A stretch of DNA of 43,809 nt from Candidatus Acidiferrales bacterium (GTDB taxonomy: Bacteria > Eisenbacteria > RBG-16-71-46). The notes under the pieces are model-generated. The model did not search any database. It worked only from the letters and a program-made list of their open reading frames with translations, and was not told the origin of the DNA. The position numbers and the translations under genes are program-made. Shown here piece by piece: positions 26,106 through 34,232 of the stretch. The stretch covers positions 1 through 43,809 of the forward strand of contig DATJXF010000009.1 in the NCBI GenBank assembly GCA_035500415.1. Reading direction: 5' to 3'. Each line of letters begins with the position of its first letter. The first letter of the stretch is position 1.

Positions 26106-26582
26106 GTGGAACTCGATCTGGCTCCCCAGGTGAAGCAGGCACTGGAAAAGGATTGGGAGCCGCTGTATCGCAGCCAGCTGCACTACCTGGTGACCTGGAA
26201 CACGCGGGGCAGGCGGCCAGTGCTGAAGGAGAAGCACATCGAAGCGCTGCACGGGCTGATCCGCCAGACGTGCGAGGAGCGCGACTTCGAGCTCGTCGAG
26301 GTGGTCGCCGGACAGGATCACGTGCACGTCCTCTTCGGGCTGCGGCCGGCGCAGAGCGTCGCGAGCGCGGTGCGCGAGCTCAAGGGTCGCACGAGCATGA
26401 CGTTGATGGGACAGCACCCTGAGCTGCGCGTCTGGCTGCGCGGCAACCTGCTCTGGGACGAGCGCTACACGGTCGAGACCGTGAGCCCGCTCCGCGTCGA
26501 CCGCATCCGCGACCGGCTTTCGAGCGTGCACCGCACGCTCTTCGGCTGCGCGGACACCGAGCCACTGGCCGAAGCGAGCTGA
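26106..26582 (+). CDS. IS200/IS605-type Y1 (HUH) transposase-like protein, apparently lacking the catalytic tyrosine; solo, probably domesticated or decayed
   Basis: GTG at 26106 lies 7 nt after AGGAGGA. LHYLVTWNTRGRRP, the HUH motif in GQDHVHVLF, KGRTS and LWDERYTVETV match the IS200 TnpA layout. The region aligned to the catalytic-Tyr helix reads RIRDRLSS, and no Tyr occurs after TVETV. No tnpB is present. Confidence 0.75.
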   Translation: MELDLAPQVKQALEKDWEPLYRSQLHYLVTWNTRGRRPVLKEKHIEALHGLIRQTCEERDFELVEVVAGQDHVHVLFGLRPAQSVASAVRELKGRTSMTLMGQHPELRVWLRGNLLWDERYTVETVSPLRVDRIRDRLSSVHRTLFGCADTEPLAEAS

Positions 26583-26597
26583 TCCCGGCGGCCTTCC

Positions 26598-26657
26598 GGA
26601 CTGGCTGAGGTGGTGAGCTCCGCGCCCACACACCTTGCGATCACCCCAGCCAGCTCC
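26598..26657. repeat. imperfect inverted repeat (about 15 bp paired, 24-nt loop) downstream of the HUH gene
   Basis: ggactggctgaggtggtga (26598..26616) pairs with tcaccccagccagctcc (26641..26657). It is flanked by similar direct repeats, ccggcggccttccgg (26585..) and ccgggcggcctcctgg (26656..). It lies at the convergent junction with ribA. Confidence 0.5.
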
Positions 26658-26736
26658 GGGCGGCCTCCTGGCCGAAGGCTCGCCCAAGCGCCCAGGCGAG
26701 CGGGTGAGACTCGTCCGAGGCGCCAGGCCCGGCTCT

Positions 26737-27498
26737 TCAGCCGGCGGCGCGGTTCGCTCGGGGCTCCGGGGGGACCTCGGGCGTGCTGCTAATGTCCGCA
26801 GCGCCGTCCGGGCCCGGAATAACCTCGCGTGCGATTTCGGCGTTGGACGGCGCGGCCGGGGCGGGCTCCAGGCCGAGCCAGTGGCCGGCGCGGCTTTGCT
26901 TGGTCAGCAAGTAGCTCGCGTTGAAGCGCGTGGGTGGCGTGATGACCGGGATGCGTCCCGCGATCGTGACGCCGTATCGGCGCAGGCCCTCGAGCTTGCG
27001 CGGATTGTTGGTCATGAGTCGCACGCTGCGAACGCCGAGCGCGCGCAGCATCTCGGCCCCGACGCGATAGTCGCGCTCGTCGTCGCCGAAGCCGAGCGCG
27101 TGATTCGCATCGACCGTGTCGTAGCCGCGGTCCTGGAGCGCGTAGGCCCGGATCTTGTTCGCGAGCCCGATTCCGCGACCTTCCTGCCGCAGGTAAAGGA
27201 GCACACCGACCGGCTCGGCAGCGAGCGCACGCAGTGAGGCCTGCAGCTGCTCGCGGCAATCGCAGCGGAGCGAACCCAGCACGTCGCCGGTCAGGCACTC
27301 CGAATGGATGCGAACCGGAACCCGGGCCGCGCGGCGGACCGGACCGCGCACCAGCGCGAGGTGCTCGTTGCCGTTCTCGTCGGGGGTGAAACCGATGGCA
27401 CGGAACGTCCCGCTCGTCGTTGGCAGTTCGGCCACGGATAGCATGCGAAGCGGTTCGGTGATGCCTGCAGTTGCGGCAGCTGGGGTGCGAATCTTCAT
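26737..27498 (-). CDS. ribA: GTP cyclohydrolase II
   Basis: ATG at 27498 lies 7 nt after GGAGG. RIHSECLTGDVLGSLRCDC, YLRQEGRGIGL, DTVDANHALGF, DERDY and MTNNPRK motifs are present. It has a ~45-aa Pro/Ala-rich C-terminal tail. Confidence 0.9.
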   Translation of the reverse strand: MKIRTPAAATAGITEPLRMLSVAELPTTSGTFRAIGFTPDENGNEHLALVRGPVRRAARVPVRIHSECLTGDVLGSLRCDCREQLQASLRALAAEPVGVLLYLRQEGRGIGLANKIRAYALQDRGYDTVDANHALGFGDDERDYRVGAEMLRALGVRSVRLMTNNPRKLEGLRRYGVTIAGRIPVITPPTRFNASYLLTKQSRAGHWLGLEPAPAAPSNAEIAREVIPGPDGAADISSTPEVPPEPRANRAAG

Positions 27499-27676
27499 GC
27501 GAACGCCTCCGATGCGGGTGCAGCGGGACCCCGGGTTCAGATGCTCGGGGCCCTCCCTGCGTCGCTGAGATTCGAGCGGACGGCCGTCAGGGAATTGCGC
27601 AGCGACTGCCGGGCGGCCCGCGCGCGCGGGGCGCGGCCCGTGGCCTGGGCGGGCTCGCGCAGCGTTTTCGAGCAGG

Positions 27677-28603
27677 CTAGCCGCGTTCGGTCGCGGCCTG
27701 CGCCGCCTCCAGCCCGCCGCGAGAGGCGAGCAGCGCCGCCGCGAGCACCAGGCCAGCGCCCAACCACTGGACCGCGCCAAGTCCCTCACCGAGGAAGAGC
27801 GCGGCAGCGAGGATGGCGACGAGCGGCTCCGCGGTCGCGATCACCCCAGCTTCCGCCGAGCTCATGTGCTGAAGCCCGGCGTAGAAGAGCCGAAATGGCA
27901 CGAGCGTGGAGAAGAGCCCGAGCGCGACGAACGCGCCCCAGAGCGAAGGCGAGTAGCCCGCCTCGATGATTCGCCGCGGTGGCGTCACGATGGACCAGAA
28001 GAGCGCCGCCACCGCGAACGAGTAGACGAGCACGGTCTCGGGGGCGTAGCGCGCGAGGCCGCGCTTCGAATACACGATATAGAAGGCGAATGAAGCTGCG
28101 CAGAGGAATCCGACGGCCCAATCGAGCGGTCGCGCGTGGAGAGCGTGCGCGTCGACGCCGCTCACCAGGCAGACCGTTCCGGCGAGCGCGCCGAGTACGG
28201 CGAGGATGGTGGTCGCGCTCACGCGCCGCCCGCGCAGGAGGTCGACGGCGACGATGAGCGAGGGCGCGAGGTACTGGAGCAGGATCGCGAGGCCGACGCC
28301 CAGGTGGGCGATGGCGTAGTAGTAGCCGCCCTGAACCGCAGCCACGCCAAAGATCCCCAACGCCGCAAAATACCCGAGATCGCGACGGTCGATCCGTAGC
28401 AGATGCGGCGCGCGGATGCGCAGCACGAGGAGCATGGTCATTGTCGAGACGAGCAGGCGAATCTCGACGACACTGAGCGGCGGTACGTGGTGATCGCGAA
28501 AGATGAAGCGCGCCAGCGTGGCGCTCGTCCCCCAGAAGAGCGTTGCAGTGAAAACGAGCCAGCGACTGGACGCGCGGCGATCGGTCCCAGCGGCCGCGCT
28601 CAC
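27677..28603 (-). CDS. EamA/DMT family transporter
   Basis: GTG at 28603. It has 10 predicted TM segments in two EamA-like halves. Confidence 0.8.
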   Translation of the reverse strand: MSAAAGTDRRASSRWLVFTATLFWGTSATLARFIFRDHHVPPLSVVEIRLLVSTMTMLLVLRIRAPHLLRIDRRDLGYFAALGIFGVAAVQGGYYYAIAHLGVGLAILLQYLAPSLIVAVDLLRGRRVSATTILAVLGALAGTVCLVSGVDAHALHARPLDWAVGFLCAASFAFYIVYSKRGLARYAPETVLVYSFAVAALFWSIVTPPRRIIEAGYSPSLWGAFVALGLFSTLVPFRLFYAGLQHMSSAEAGVIATAEPLVAILAAALFLGEGLGAVQWLGAGLVLAAALLASRGGLEAAQAATERG

Positions 28604-28707
28604 TTCGCGACCTTCAAGCGGGCGAGAGGTACGGCGCGTCGGGCTCGCGGCATCTCACGTCGTGAATCAGGCCTTAGCGCTCATGGACAGTCTGTTGCGA
28701 GGACTAA

Positions 28708-29124
28708 TCAGCGCTTGATCGCTTCGCGGATTCGTGGATCGCCGACCATTTCGACAGATCCACCGCCCGCTTCGAGCATCGTGCAGCGACCGGTGAAATG
28801 AACGCCCTGCTCCATGCCCACGCTGGTCGCCGAGACGTCGCCCTCGACGCGCGCGCCGGACTTCATCTCGATCGAGCCGAGCGCGCGCACGTTGCCAATG
28901 ACGCGACCTTCGATCACCGCCTCGCGCACTTCGATGTCGGCGCGCATCATGCCGTGTTCGCCGATCTCGAGGCGCTCGCAGTTCAGGATGTCGCCGTCGA
29001 ACTCGCCCTCGATCCTGAGCGTGCCGGTCACCATCAACGTGCCGCGAAAGCTCGAGCTGACGCCAATCACGGTATTGGGTGGGGTCGGCGGCTCATCCAC
29101 GTTTCGGCTTCGAAATTTCATCAT
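28708..29124 (-). CDS. bactofilin (polymer-forming cytoskeletal protein, DUF583)
   Basis: ATG at 29124 or 29121 follows GGAGG. It shows the beta-helical repeat pattern GTLxxxGxLRIEGEFDGDI...IGEHGMMRADIEVREAVIEGRVIGNV...KSGARVEGDV. It lies 44 nt downstream of parB. Confidence 0.85.
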   Translation of the reverse strand: MMKFRSRNVDEPPTPPNTVIGVSSSFRGTLMVTGTLRIEGEFDGDILNCERLEIGEHGMMRADIEVREAVIEGRVIGNVRALGSIEMKSGARVEGDVSATSVGMEQGVHFTGRCTMLEAGGGSVEMVGDPRIREAIKR

Positions 29125-29168
29125 GGCGCCTCCAATTCATAATGAGAGCTCATCGCGAGAAGACGTGG

Positions 29169-30041
29169 CTAGAGAACGCCCCAGGCTTCGAGCAAGCGCT
29201 CCAGATCCTCCTGGCCGTAGAACTCGAACGTTACCGAGCCGCCCTTGCTGCCGGGCTTGATCTCGACTCGGGTGCTGAATCGCTGCTGAAGCTTGGTCTC
29301 CCACTCCTCGAGGCCGCCGAGGCGGGCCGGCCGCGGCCGCGAGTGTGCGCGACGCTGGCGGCGCCGAACGAACGCCTCGGTGCGGCGCACCGAGAAGCCT
29401 TTGCCAGAGATGTAGCGGGCAGCGGCGAGGACTTCCCCAGGACTTTCGAGCCCGAGCAGGGCCCTGGCGTGGCCAGCGGACAGTGTTCCACGTGAAACCA
29501 TGTCCATCACCTCGGGCGGCAGCGCGAGCAACCGAAGCGAGTTCGTGATCGACGTCCTGTGCTTGCCGAGCCGCTCGGAAACCTGATCGTGTGTCAGCCC
29601 CACGCGCCCGATCAGTGCTTGATAGGCCTTGGCCTCGTCGATGGCGTTCAGGTCCTCGCGCTGTATGTTCTCAACGAGCGCGAGCTCAAGCATCTCGCGG
29701 TCGTCGAACTGCCGGACGATCGCCGGTATGCGCGTGAGCCCGGCGAGATGAGCGGCCCGCAACCGCCGCTCGCCGGCCACGAGCTCAAAGCCATCGGAGG
29801 TGCCGCGCCGCACGATAACCGGCTGAAGCACGCCGGTCGCGCGGATCGAGTCCGCCAGCTCCCGCAGCGTCTCGTCGTCGAAGCGCGTGCGCGGCTGGTG
29901 CGGGTTGGGGCCGATCTCCGAGATCTCGAGCTCTCCGACGCCCGCGCCGTCGGCGGCGGTCGCGCGCCCATCGGCGATTCCGGTTGCGGTCGAGCTGGAG
30001 ATGAGGGCTTCGAGCCCTCGTCCGAGCGCTTTCCTACTCAT
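29169..30041 (-). CDS. parB: chromosome partitioning protein ParB/Spo0J
   Basis: MSRKALGRGLEALI, NPHQPRTRFD, GVLQPVIVRR, ELVAGERRLRAA and HTH blocks are present. Its start overlaps the parA end by 8 nt. Confidence 0.95.
   Translation of the reverse strand: MSRKALGRGLEALISSSTATGIADGRATAADGAGVGELEISEIGPNPHQPRTRFDDETLRELADSIRATGVLQPVIVRRGTSDGFELVAGERRLRAAHLAGLTRIPAIVRQFDDREMLELALVENIQREDLNAIDEAKAYQALIGRVGLTHDQVSERLGKHRTSITNSLRLLALPPEVMDMVSRGTLSAGHARALLGLESPGEVLAAARYISGKGFSVRRTEAFVRRRQRRAHSRPRPARLGGLEEWETKLQQRFSTRVEIKPGSKGGSVTFEFYGQEDLERLLEAWGVL
29484..29499. other. parS site inside parB (TGTTCCACGTGAAACC)
   Basis: 15/16 match to the TGTTNCACGTGAAACA consensus. Confidence 0.8.
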
Positions 30042-30795
30042 GGTCGATTACCTCCCGTGCGAGCTCGCGATAGCTCTCGGCGCCGCTGCTGTGCGGGTCG
30101 TAGAGCACGATGGGCTTGCCGAACGATGGGGCTTCGCTCAGGCGGACATTCCTTGGAATCACCGTCTTGTAGACACGATCGCTGAAGAACTTGCGCGCCT
30201 CGTTGGCCACCTGCTGCGAGAGATTGAGGCGCGCGTCGAACATGGTGAGCAAGACGCCCTCGATCCGGAGCGCGGGGTTCAGGTGGTCCTGGACGAGTCG
30301 GATCGCCCCGATCAGCTGCGTCAGCCCCTCGAGCGCGAGGTATTCGCACTGGAGCGGGATAAGGACGGAGTCCGAGGCGGTGAGCGCGTTGATGGTGAGC
30401 AGCCCCAGCGATGGCGGGCTGTCCACGAGGATGTAGTCGTACTCGGCGCTGATCTTCGCGAGTGACGTCTTGAGGCGTGTCTCGCGAGCCATCATGCCGA
30501 CGAGCTCCACCTCGGCACCCGAAAGACGCTGGCCCGCCGGCAAGAGATCCAGCGTCGCGAGGTCGGTGGGCTTGATCGCGTCGCGGATCTCGGCGTCGCC
30601 GATGAGCACTTCGTAGATCGTCTGCCTCTGATCGTTGCCGTTGACGCCAAGCCCGCTCGTTGCGTTGCCTTGCGGGTCGATATCGACGATCAGGACGCGC
30701 TTGCTCTCCTGGGCGACGCAGGCCCCGAGGTTGATCGCCGTGGTGGTCTTGCCGACGCCGCCCTTCTGGCTGGCAATCGAAATGATGCGTCCCAT
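30034..30795 (-). CDS. parA: chromosome partitioning ATPase ParA/Soj
   Basis: ATG at 30795 gives the canonical N-terminus MGRIISIASQKGGVGKTTT (deviant Walker A). An upstream GTG at 30891 would add 32 poorly conserved residues. Confidence 0.93.
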   Translation of the reverse strand: MGRIISIASQKGGVGKTTTAINLGACVAQESKRVLIVDIDPQGNATSGLGVNGNDQRQTIYEVLIGDAEIRDAIKPTDLATLDLLPAGQRLSGAEVELVGMMARETRLKTSLAKISAEYDYILVDSPPSLGLLTINALTASDSVLIPLQCEYLALEGLTQLIGAIRLVQDHLNPALRIEGVLLTMFDARLNLSQQVANEARKFFSDRVYKTVIPRNVRLSEAPSFGKPIVLYDPHSSGAESYRELAREVIDHE

Positions 30796-30998
30796 TCCCT
30801 TGGTCGCTCCGGCTGGGGCCGTGTTCTGCCTGAGATTGTCGCGCGGTGGCGTGCGGCACTCTCGGGCCGAACTTGGGGAGGTTTGCTGCACGCCGTGCGA
30901 AGGCTCGTGCAGTGCGGCGAGCCGACTTCCTGTCCAGGTCGCCGCGGCGCTCGGGTCCCGCGAAACTAGCAGCCCCTCGCGTCAGCGCTCAAGCGCAA

Positions 30999-31014
30999 TG
31001 TTCCACGTGGAACA
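30999..31014. other. parS site (perfect palindrome TGTTCCACGTGGAACA) between rsmG and parA
   Basis: This 16-nt perfect palindrome matches the parS consensus at 15 of the 15 specified positions and lies about 200 nt upstream of parA. Confidence 0.8.
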
Positions 31015-31037
31015 AGCGCAATGCCGCGCTCATCGAT

Positions 31038-31907
31038 TCATCGCAATCGAAATGTCGCAAACGTGTTCGGTCCATTGTCGAACGTCGTCGTCGACTCGTG
31101 AGCCCAGCGCGATTGCCATCCGCTGCCGTCGCGCGCCATCTCCTCGCCGACACCGCTGCCCTTCCAGAGGAACGCGCGCCCACCGGGCTTGAGCAGCTTC
31201 TCCGCCAGCTCGAGCGTCGGCCCAAGCAACATCGTCGCCCGCGACGTGAATGCATCCAGTCTGGTGTCGCGCAGCTCGCCATCGACAAGGACCTCGAGCC
31301 GGCCCAAGCGCACTTCGACCCCGGTCAAACCAAGCTCCATGATGGCCTTGCGCATGAACAGCGTCTTGTTCCGCCGCGACTCGACGAGCAGCCAGCGCTT
31401 GCCGACGCCCGCGATGGCCAGCGGAATCGCCGGCAGGCCGGCGCCGCTCCCCAGGTCCAGGACGGATTCGACGCCCGCATCCATGAGCTCGCGAGCCGGT
31501 TGCAGCGATTCGGCGAGGTGCCGCTCGACCAGCCGCGGCTCGTCGTTGCGCGAGATCAGGTTGGAGACGCCGCGGTTCCACTCGAGCAGGAGCGTGGCGT
31601 AGCGCTCGAGTCTGGCGAGTGCAATCTCGCGGTCGACGCCGCATCGCTCGAGCAGCGGTCGCAGTCTGGCCCATGGCTGGCGCGCCAGCAGCTTCGCCGG
31701 ATCCAGAGCGCGGGGCTCGCGTTTCGCTCTCCCGCCCGGTGCGGCAAAGCGGCGGTCGTCGTCGCGCGGGGCGCCGCGGCGCGGCGCTCCTTCGCGCGGC
31801 GCAGAGCTGCGCCTCCTCGTGGTCACCTCGGATCGCGCCGAGCTCGCGCGCGTCGTAACGGATCGGCGGCGGTCAGCGCCCGTGCGGGTGTTCGGTTGGC
31901 GAGCCAT
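31038..31907 (-). CDS. rsmG: 16S rRNA (guanine527-N7)-methyltransferase RsmG with Arg-rich N-terminal extension
   Basis: The core has LERYATLLLEWNRGVSNLIS, the SAM motif VLDLGSGAGLPAIPLAI and RATMLL. No ATG/GTG/TTG occurs near the canonical start, so the ATG at 31907 (or the GTG at 31832, which begins VTTRRRSS) adds at least 45 basic residues. Confidence 0.8.
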   Translation of the reverse strand: MARQPNTRTGADRRRSVTTRASSARSEVTTRRRSSAPREGAPRRGAPRDDDRRFAAPGGRAKREPRALDPAKLLARQPWARLRPLLERCGVDREIALARLERYATLLLEWNRGVSNLISRNDEPRLVERHLAESLQPARELMDAGVESVLDLGSGAGLPAIPLAIAGVGKRWLLVESRRNKTLFMRKAIMELGLTGVEVRLGRLEVLVDGELRDTRLDAFTSRATMLLGPTLELAEKLLKPGGRAFLWKGSGVGEEMARDGSGWQSRWAHESTTTFDNGPNTFATFRLR

Positions 31908-32083
31908 GGCAACCACTCTAGCATCGCGGGCGCAGGATCTCCGCGCAGCGCTCGACCCGGGCCAGGCGCCGATCCGATTCGCGAACCGCGCCGGGCGAAC
32001 GCGCAGCGCCTCAGTCTCGCCCGGCACGGTCGGCTGAGGCCCGGCACCAGCGCGATTCACGCGCCGGGCGAGCGCGCAGCGCC

Positions 32084-34207
32084 TCAGCCTCGCCCGGCCC
32101 CGCGCGCCACACCCACCCTCGCCGCGTGCCGCTTCGCGTGGACGAGCAGCACCGCCACGTCCGCGGGAGAGACGCCCGCGATCCGCGCCGCCTGCCCGAC
32201 GCTCGCGGGTCGCCAGCGTGCGAGCTTCTCGCGCGCCTCACTCGAGAGCCCCCGCAGCGGTTCGGCCCAGAGCGACTCCTCGAGCGGCAGGGCTTCGAGC
32301 GCCGCGGCCCCGCGCGCCGTGCGTGCCTGGCGCTCGAGGTAGCCGCGATACTTGAGCCGCACCTCCAACGCTTCGCGATCGTGGGGCGCGAGCTCGCTGA
32401 TGACGCCCAGCGCCGCCAGATCGTCGAACGTGACCTCGGGCCGCGCGAGGTAGTCCGCCGCCCTGACCGCCCGCGCCGTGGCCGGCGCAGCCTCATCGCG
32501 CGCGGGCTCGGGGCGCGCCCCGCCATCGCGGGCGCTTCCGGCCGTCGCGGACCCTGCGCTCGCCCCCGCTTCACTCGCGTCACCATTTCTCGAAGCCGCG
32601 ACCGTCACCGTCACGCGCGCCAGCCGGCGGGCCTCGGCCTCGATCGCGGCGTAGCGCGCGCGCACGCGTTCGCGCTGTTCGTCGTTCAGCAGCCCGAGCG
32701 CATGGCCGATCTCCGCCAGCCGCTCGTCGGCGTTGTCCGCACGCAGCAGCAGCCGATGCTCGGCCGCCGAGGTGAACATGCGATACGGCTCGCGGTGCTC
32801 GCGCGTCACGAGGTCGTCGATCAGCACGCCGACGTACGCCTGATCGCGGCGCAGGACGAGCGGCTCGCGGGCCGTGAGCGCGAGCGCCGCATTGACGCCC
32901 GCGACGAATCCCTGCGCCGCCGCTTCCTCGTAGCCCGACGTGCCGCAGATCTGCCCCGCGAGGTAGAGGCCGCGGATCGCCCTCGCCTCGAGCGTCGGCC
33001 GCAGCTGGTGCGGCAGCACGAAGTCGTACTCGACCGCATAACCGGGGCGGATCATCTCGGCGCGCTCGAGCCCGGGGATCGTGCGCACGAACTCGAGCTG
33101 CACGTCCTCGGGCATGCTCGTCGAGACGCCGTTCACGTAGATCTCCTCGACGTCGCGGCCCTCGGGCTCGAGGAAGAGATGGTGCGACTCGCGCTCGGGG
33201 AACTTGACGACCTTGTCCTCGAGCGACGGGCAGTAGCGCGGTCCCGTGCCGCGGATCGCGCCGGAGTAGAGCGGCGACTGCGCCAGGTTCTCCCGGATCA
33301 CGCGGTGCGTCGCCGCGTTCGTGTGTGTGCTCCAGCACAGCACCTGCTCGAGGTCCAGACGCTCGGTCCAGTGCGAGAACGGCCGCGGCGGCTCGTCGCC
33401 CGGAGCGGGCTCGAGCGCCTCGAACGCGATGCTGTCCCGCCGCAGCCGCGGCGGCGTTCCGGTCTTGAGCCGGCCGCGCTCGAAGCCCAGCTCGCCCAGG
33501 CATTCGCTGAGCGCCCGCGCCGCGTGCTCGCCGATCCGCCCGCCGGGAATCTGCCGCGGCCCGATGTGAATCAGGCCGTTCAGGAACGTGCCCGGCGTGA
33601 TGACGAGCGCGCGGCACTCGAGCACGCGTCCGTCGGCGAGCTCGACACCGGTCACGCGGCCGTGCTCGCGCCGCACGTGGTTCGCGATGCCCTCGAGGAT
33701 CTCGAGCCCGGCGACGCCGTCCAGCAGCGCGAGCATCTCGAGCGCGTAGCGCGGCTTGTCGCACTGCGCGCGCGGCGACCACACCGCGGGCCCGCGGCCG
33801 CGGTTGAGCATCTTGAACTGGATGCCGGCGCGGTCGGTGACGCGCGCCATGAGCCCGCCGAGCGCGTCGATCTCGCGCACCATGTGGCCCTTCGCGATGC
33901 CGCCGATCGCGGGATTGCACGACATGCGCGCGATGTCGCCGCGTTGAACCGTGAGGAGCGCGGTCGAGAGTCCCATGCGCGCGCAGGCGTGAGCGGCCTC
34001 GCAGCCCGCGTGACCGCCGCCCACGACGATCACGTCCCGGCGCGTTTCGCGCGGCACGGGCGCGCAGGCCGCGCGGACCGGGTGCTCGACGCCGGCCGCA
34101 CGCCAGGCGCCCGCCGCGCCCCCGACATCGGGCGCGCGCTCCGCGCCCGGCGCGCCGGCGCGGTCCGAATTGGGCCGAGCGCCCGCGGCTGAGGCCCCGA
34201 TGCGCAT
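32084..34207 (-). CDS. mnmG: tRNA uridine 5-carboxymethylaminomethyl modification enzyme MnmG (GidA)
   Basis: [61 protein letters not shown] and the C-terminal [14 protein letters not shown] block are present. The start is uncertain: ATG at 34207 or GTG at 34057 ([15 protein letters not shown]), which fits the canonical length better. Confidence 0.9.
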   Translation of the reverse strand: MRIGASAAGARPNSDRAGAPGAERAPDVGGAAGAWRAAGVEHPVRAACAPVPRETRRDVIVVGGGHAGCEAAHACARMGLSTALLTVQRGDIARMSCNPAIGGIAKGHMVREIDALGGLMARVTDRAGIQFKMLNRGRGPAVWSPRAQCDKPRYALEMLALLDGVAGLEILEGIANHVRREHGRVTGVELADGRVLECRALVITPGTFLNGLIHIGPRQIPGGRIGEHAARALSECLGELGFERGRLKTGTPPRLRRDSIAFEALEPAPGDEPPRPFSHWTERLDLEQVLCWSTHTNAATHRVIRENLAQSPLYSGAIRGTGPRYCPSLEDKVVKFPERESHHLFLEPEGRDVEEIYVNGVSTSMPEDVQLEFVRTIPGLERAEMIRPGYAVEYDFVLPHQLRPTLEARAIRGLYLAGQICGTSGYEEAAAQGFVAGVNAALALTAREPLVLRRDQAYVGVLIDDLVTREHREPYRMFTSAAEHRLLLRADNADERLAEIGHALGLLNDEQRERVRARYAAIEAEARRLARVTVTVAASRNGDASEAGASAGSATAGSARDGGARPEPARDEAAPATARAVRAADYLARPEVTFDDLAALGVISELAPHDREALEVRLKYRGYLERQARTARGAAALEALPLEESLWAEPLRGLSSEAREKLARWRPASVGQAARIAGVSPADVAVLLVHAKRHAARVGVARGAGRG

Positions 34208-34232
34208 CGCCTCGTTCGCGCTCACGTCCGCC

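Noticed and set aside
26020-26700. Annotating the lexA-downstream block as an intact, active IS200 mobile element.
   Set aside because: The catalytic tyrosine appears to be missing, no second copy or tnpB is visible in the window, and the right-end hairpin is imperfect. I kept it as a finding (relic versus domestication) rather than a mobile_element feature.
27499-27676. Possible FMN (RFN) riboswitch in the 178-nt leader of ribA. An AATTCCC element occurs on the sense strand.
   Set aside because: The GGG needed 5' of the AAUUCCC loop is absent; the CCCUG pairs instead with a downstream CAGGG. The conserved GCCGACAGU...AGUCUGGAUG and closing P1 segments are not present. The leader is structured, but I cannot support an RFN call; cmsearch with RF00050 would settle it.
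30887-30900. TGCAC-gcc-GTGCG upstream of parA, as a possible third LexA-type box.
   Set aside because: The spacer is 3 nt rather than 4 and the right arm is degenerate, so it does not match the phasing seen at lexA and the HUH gene.
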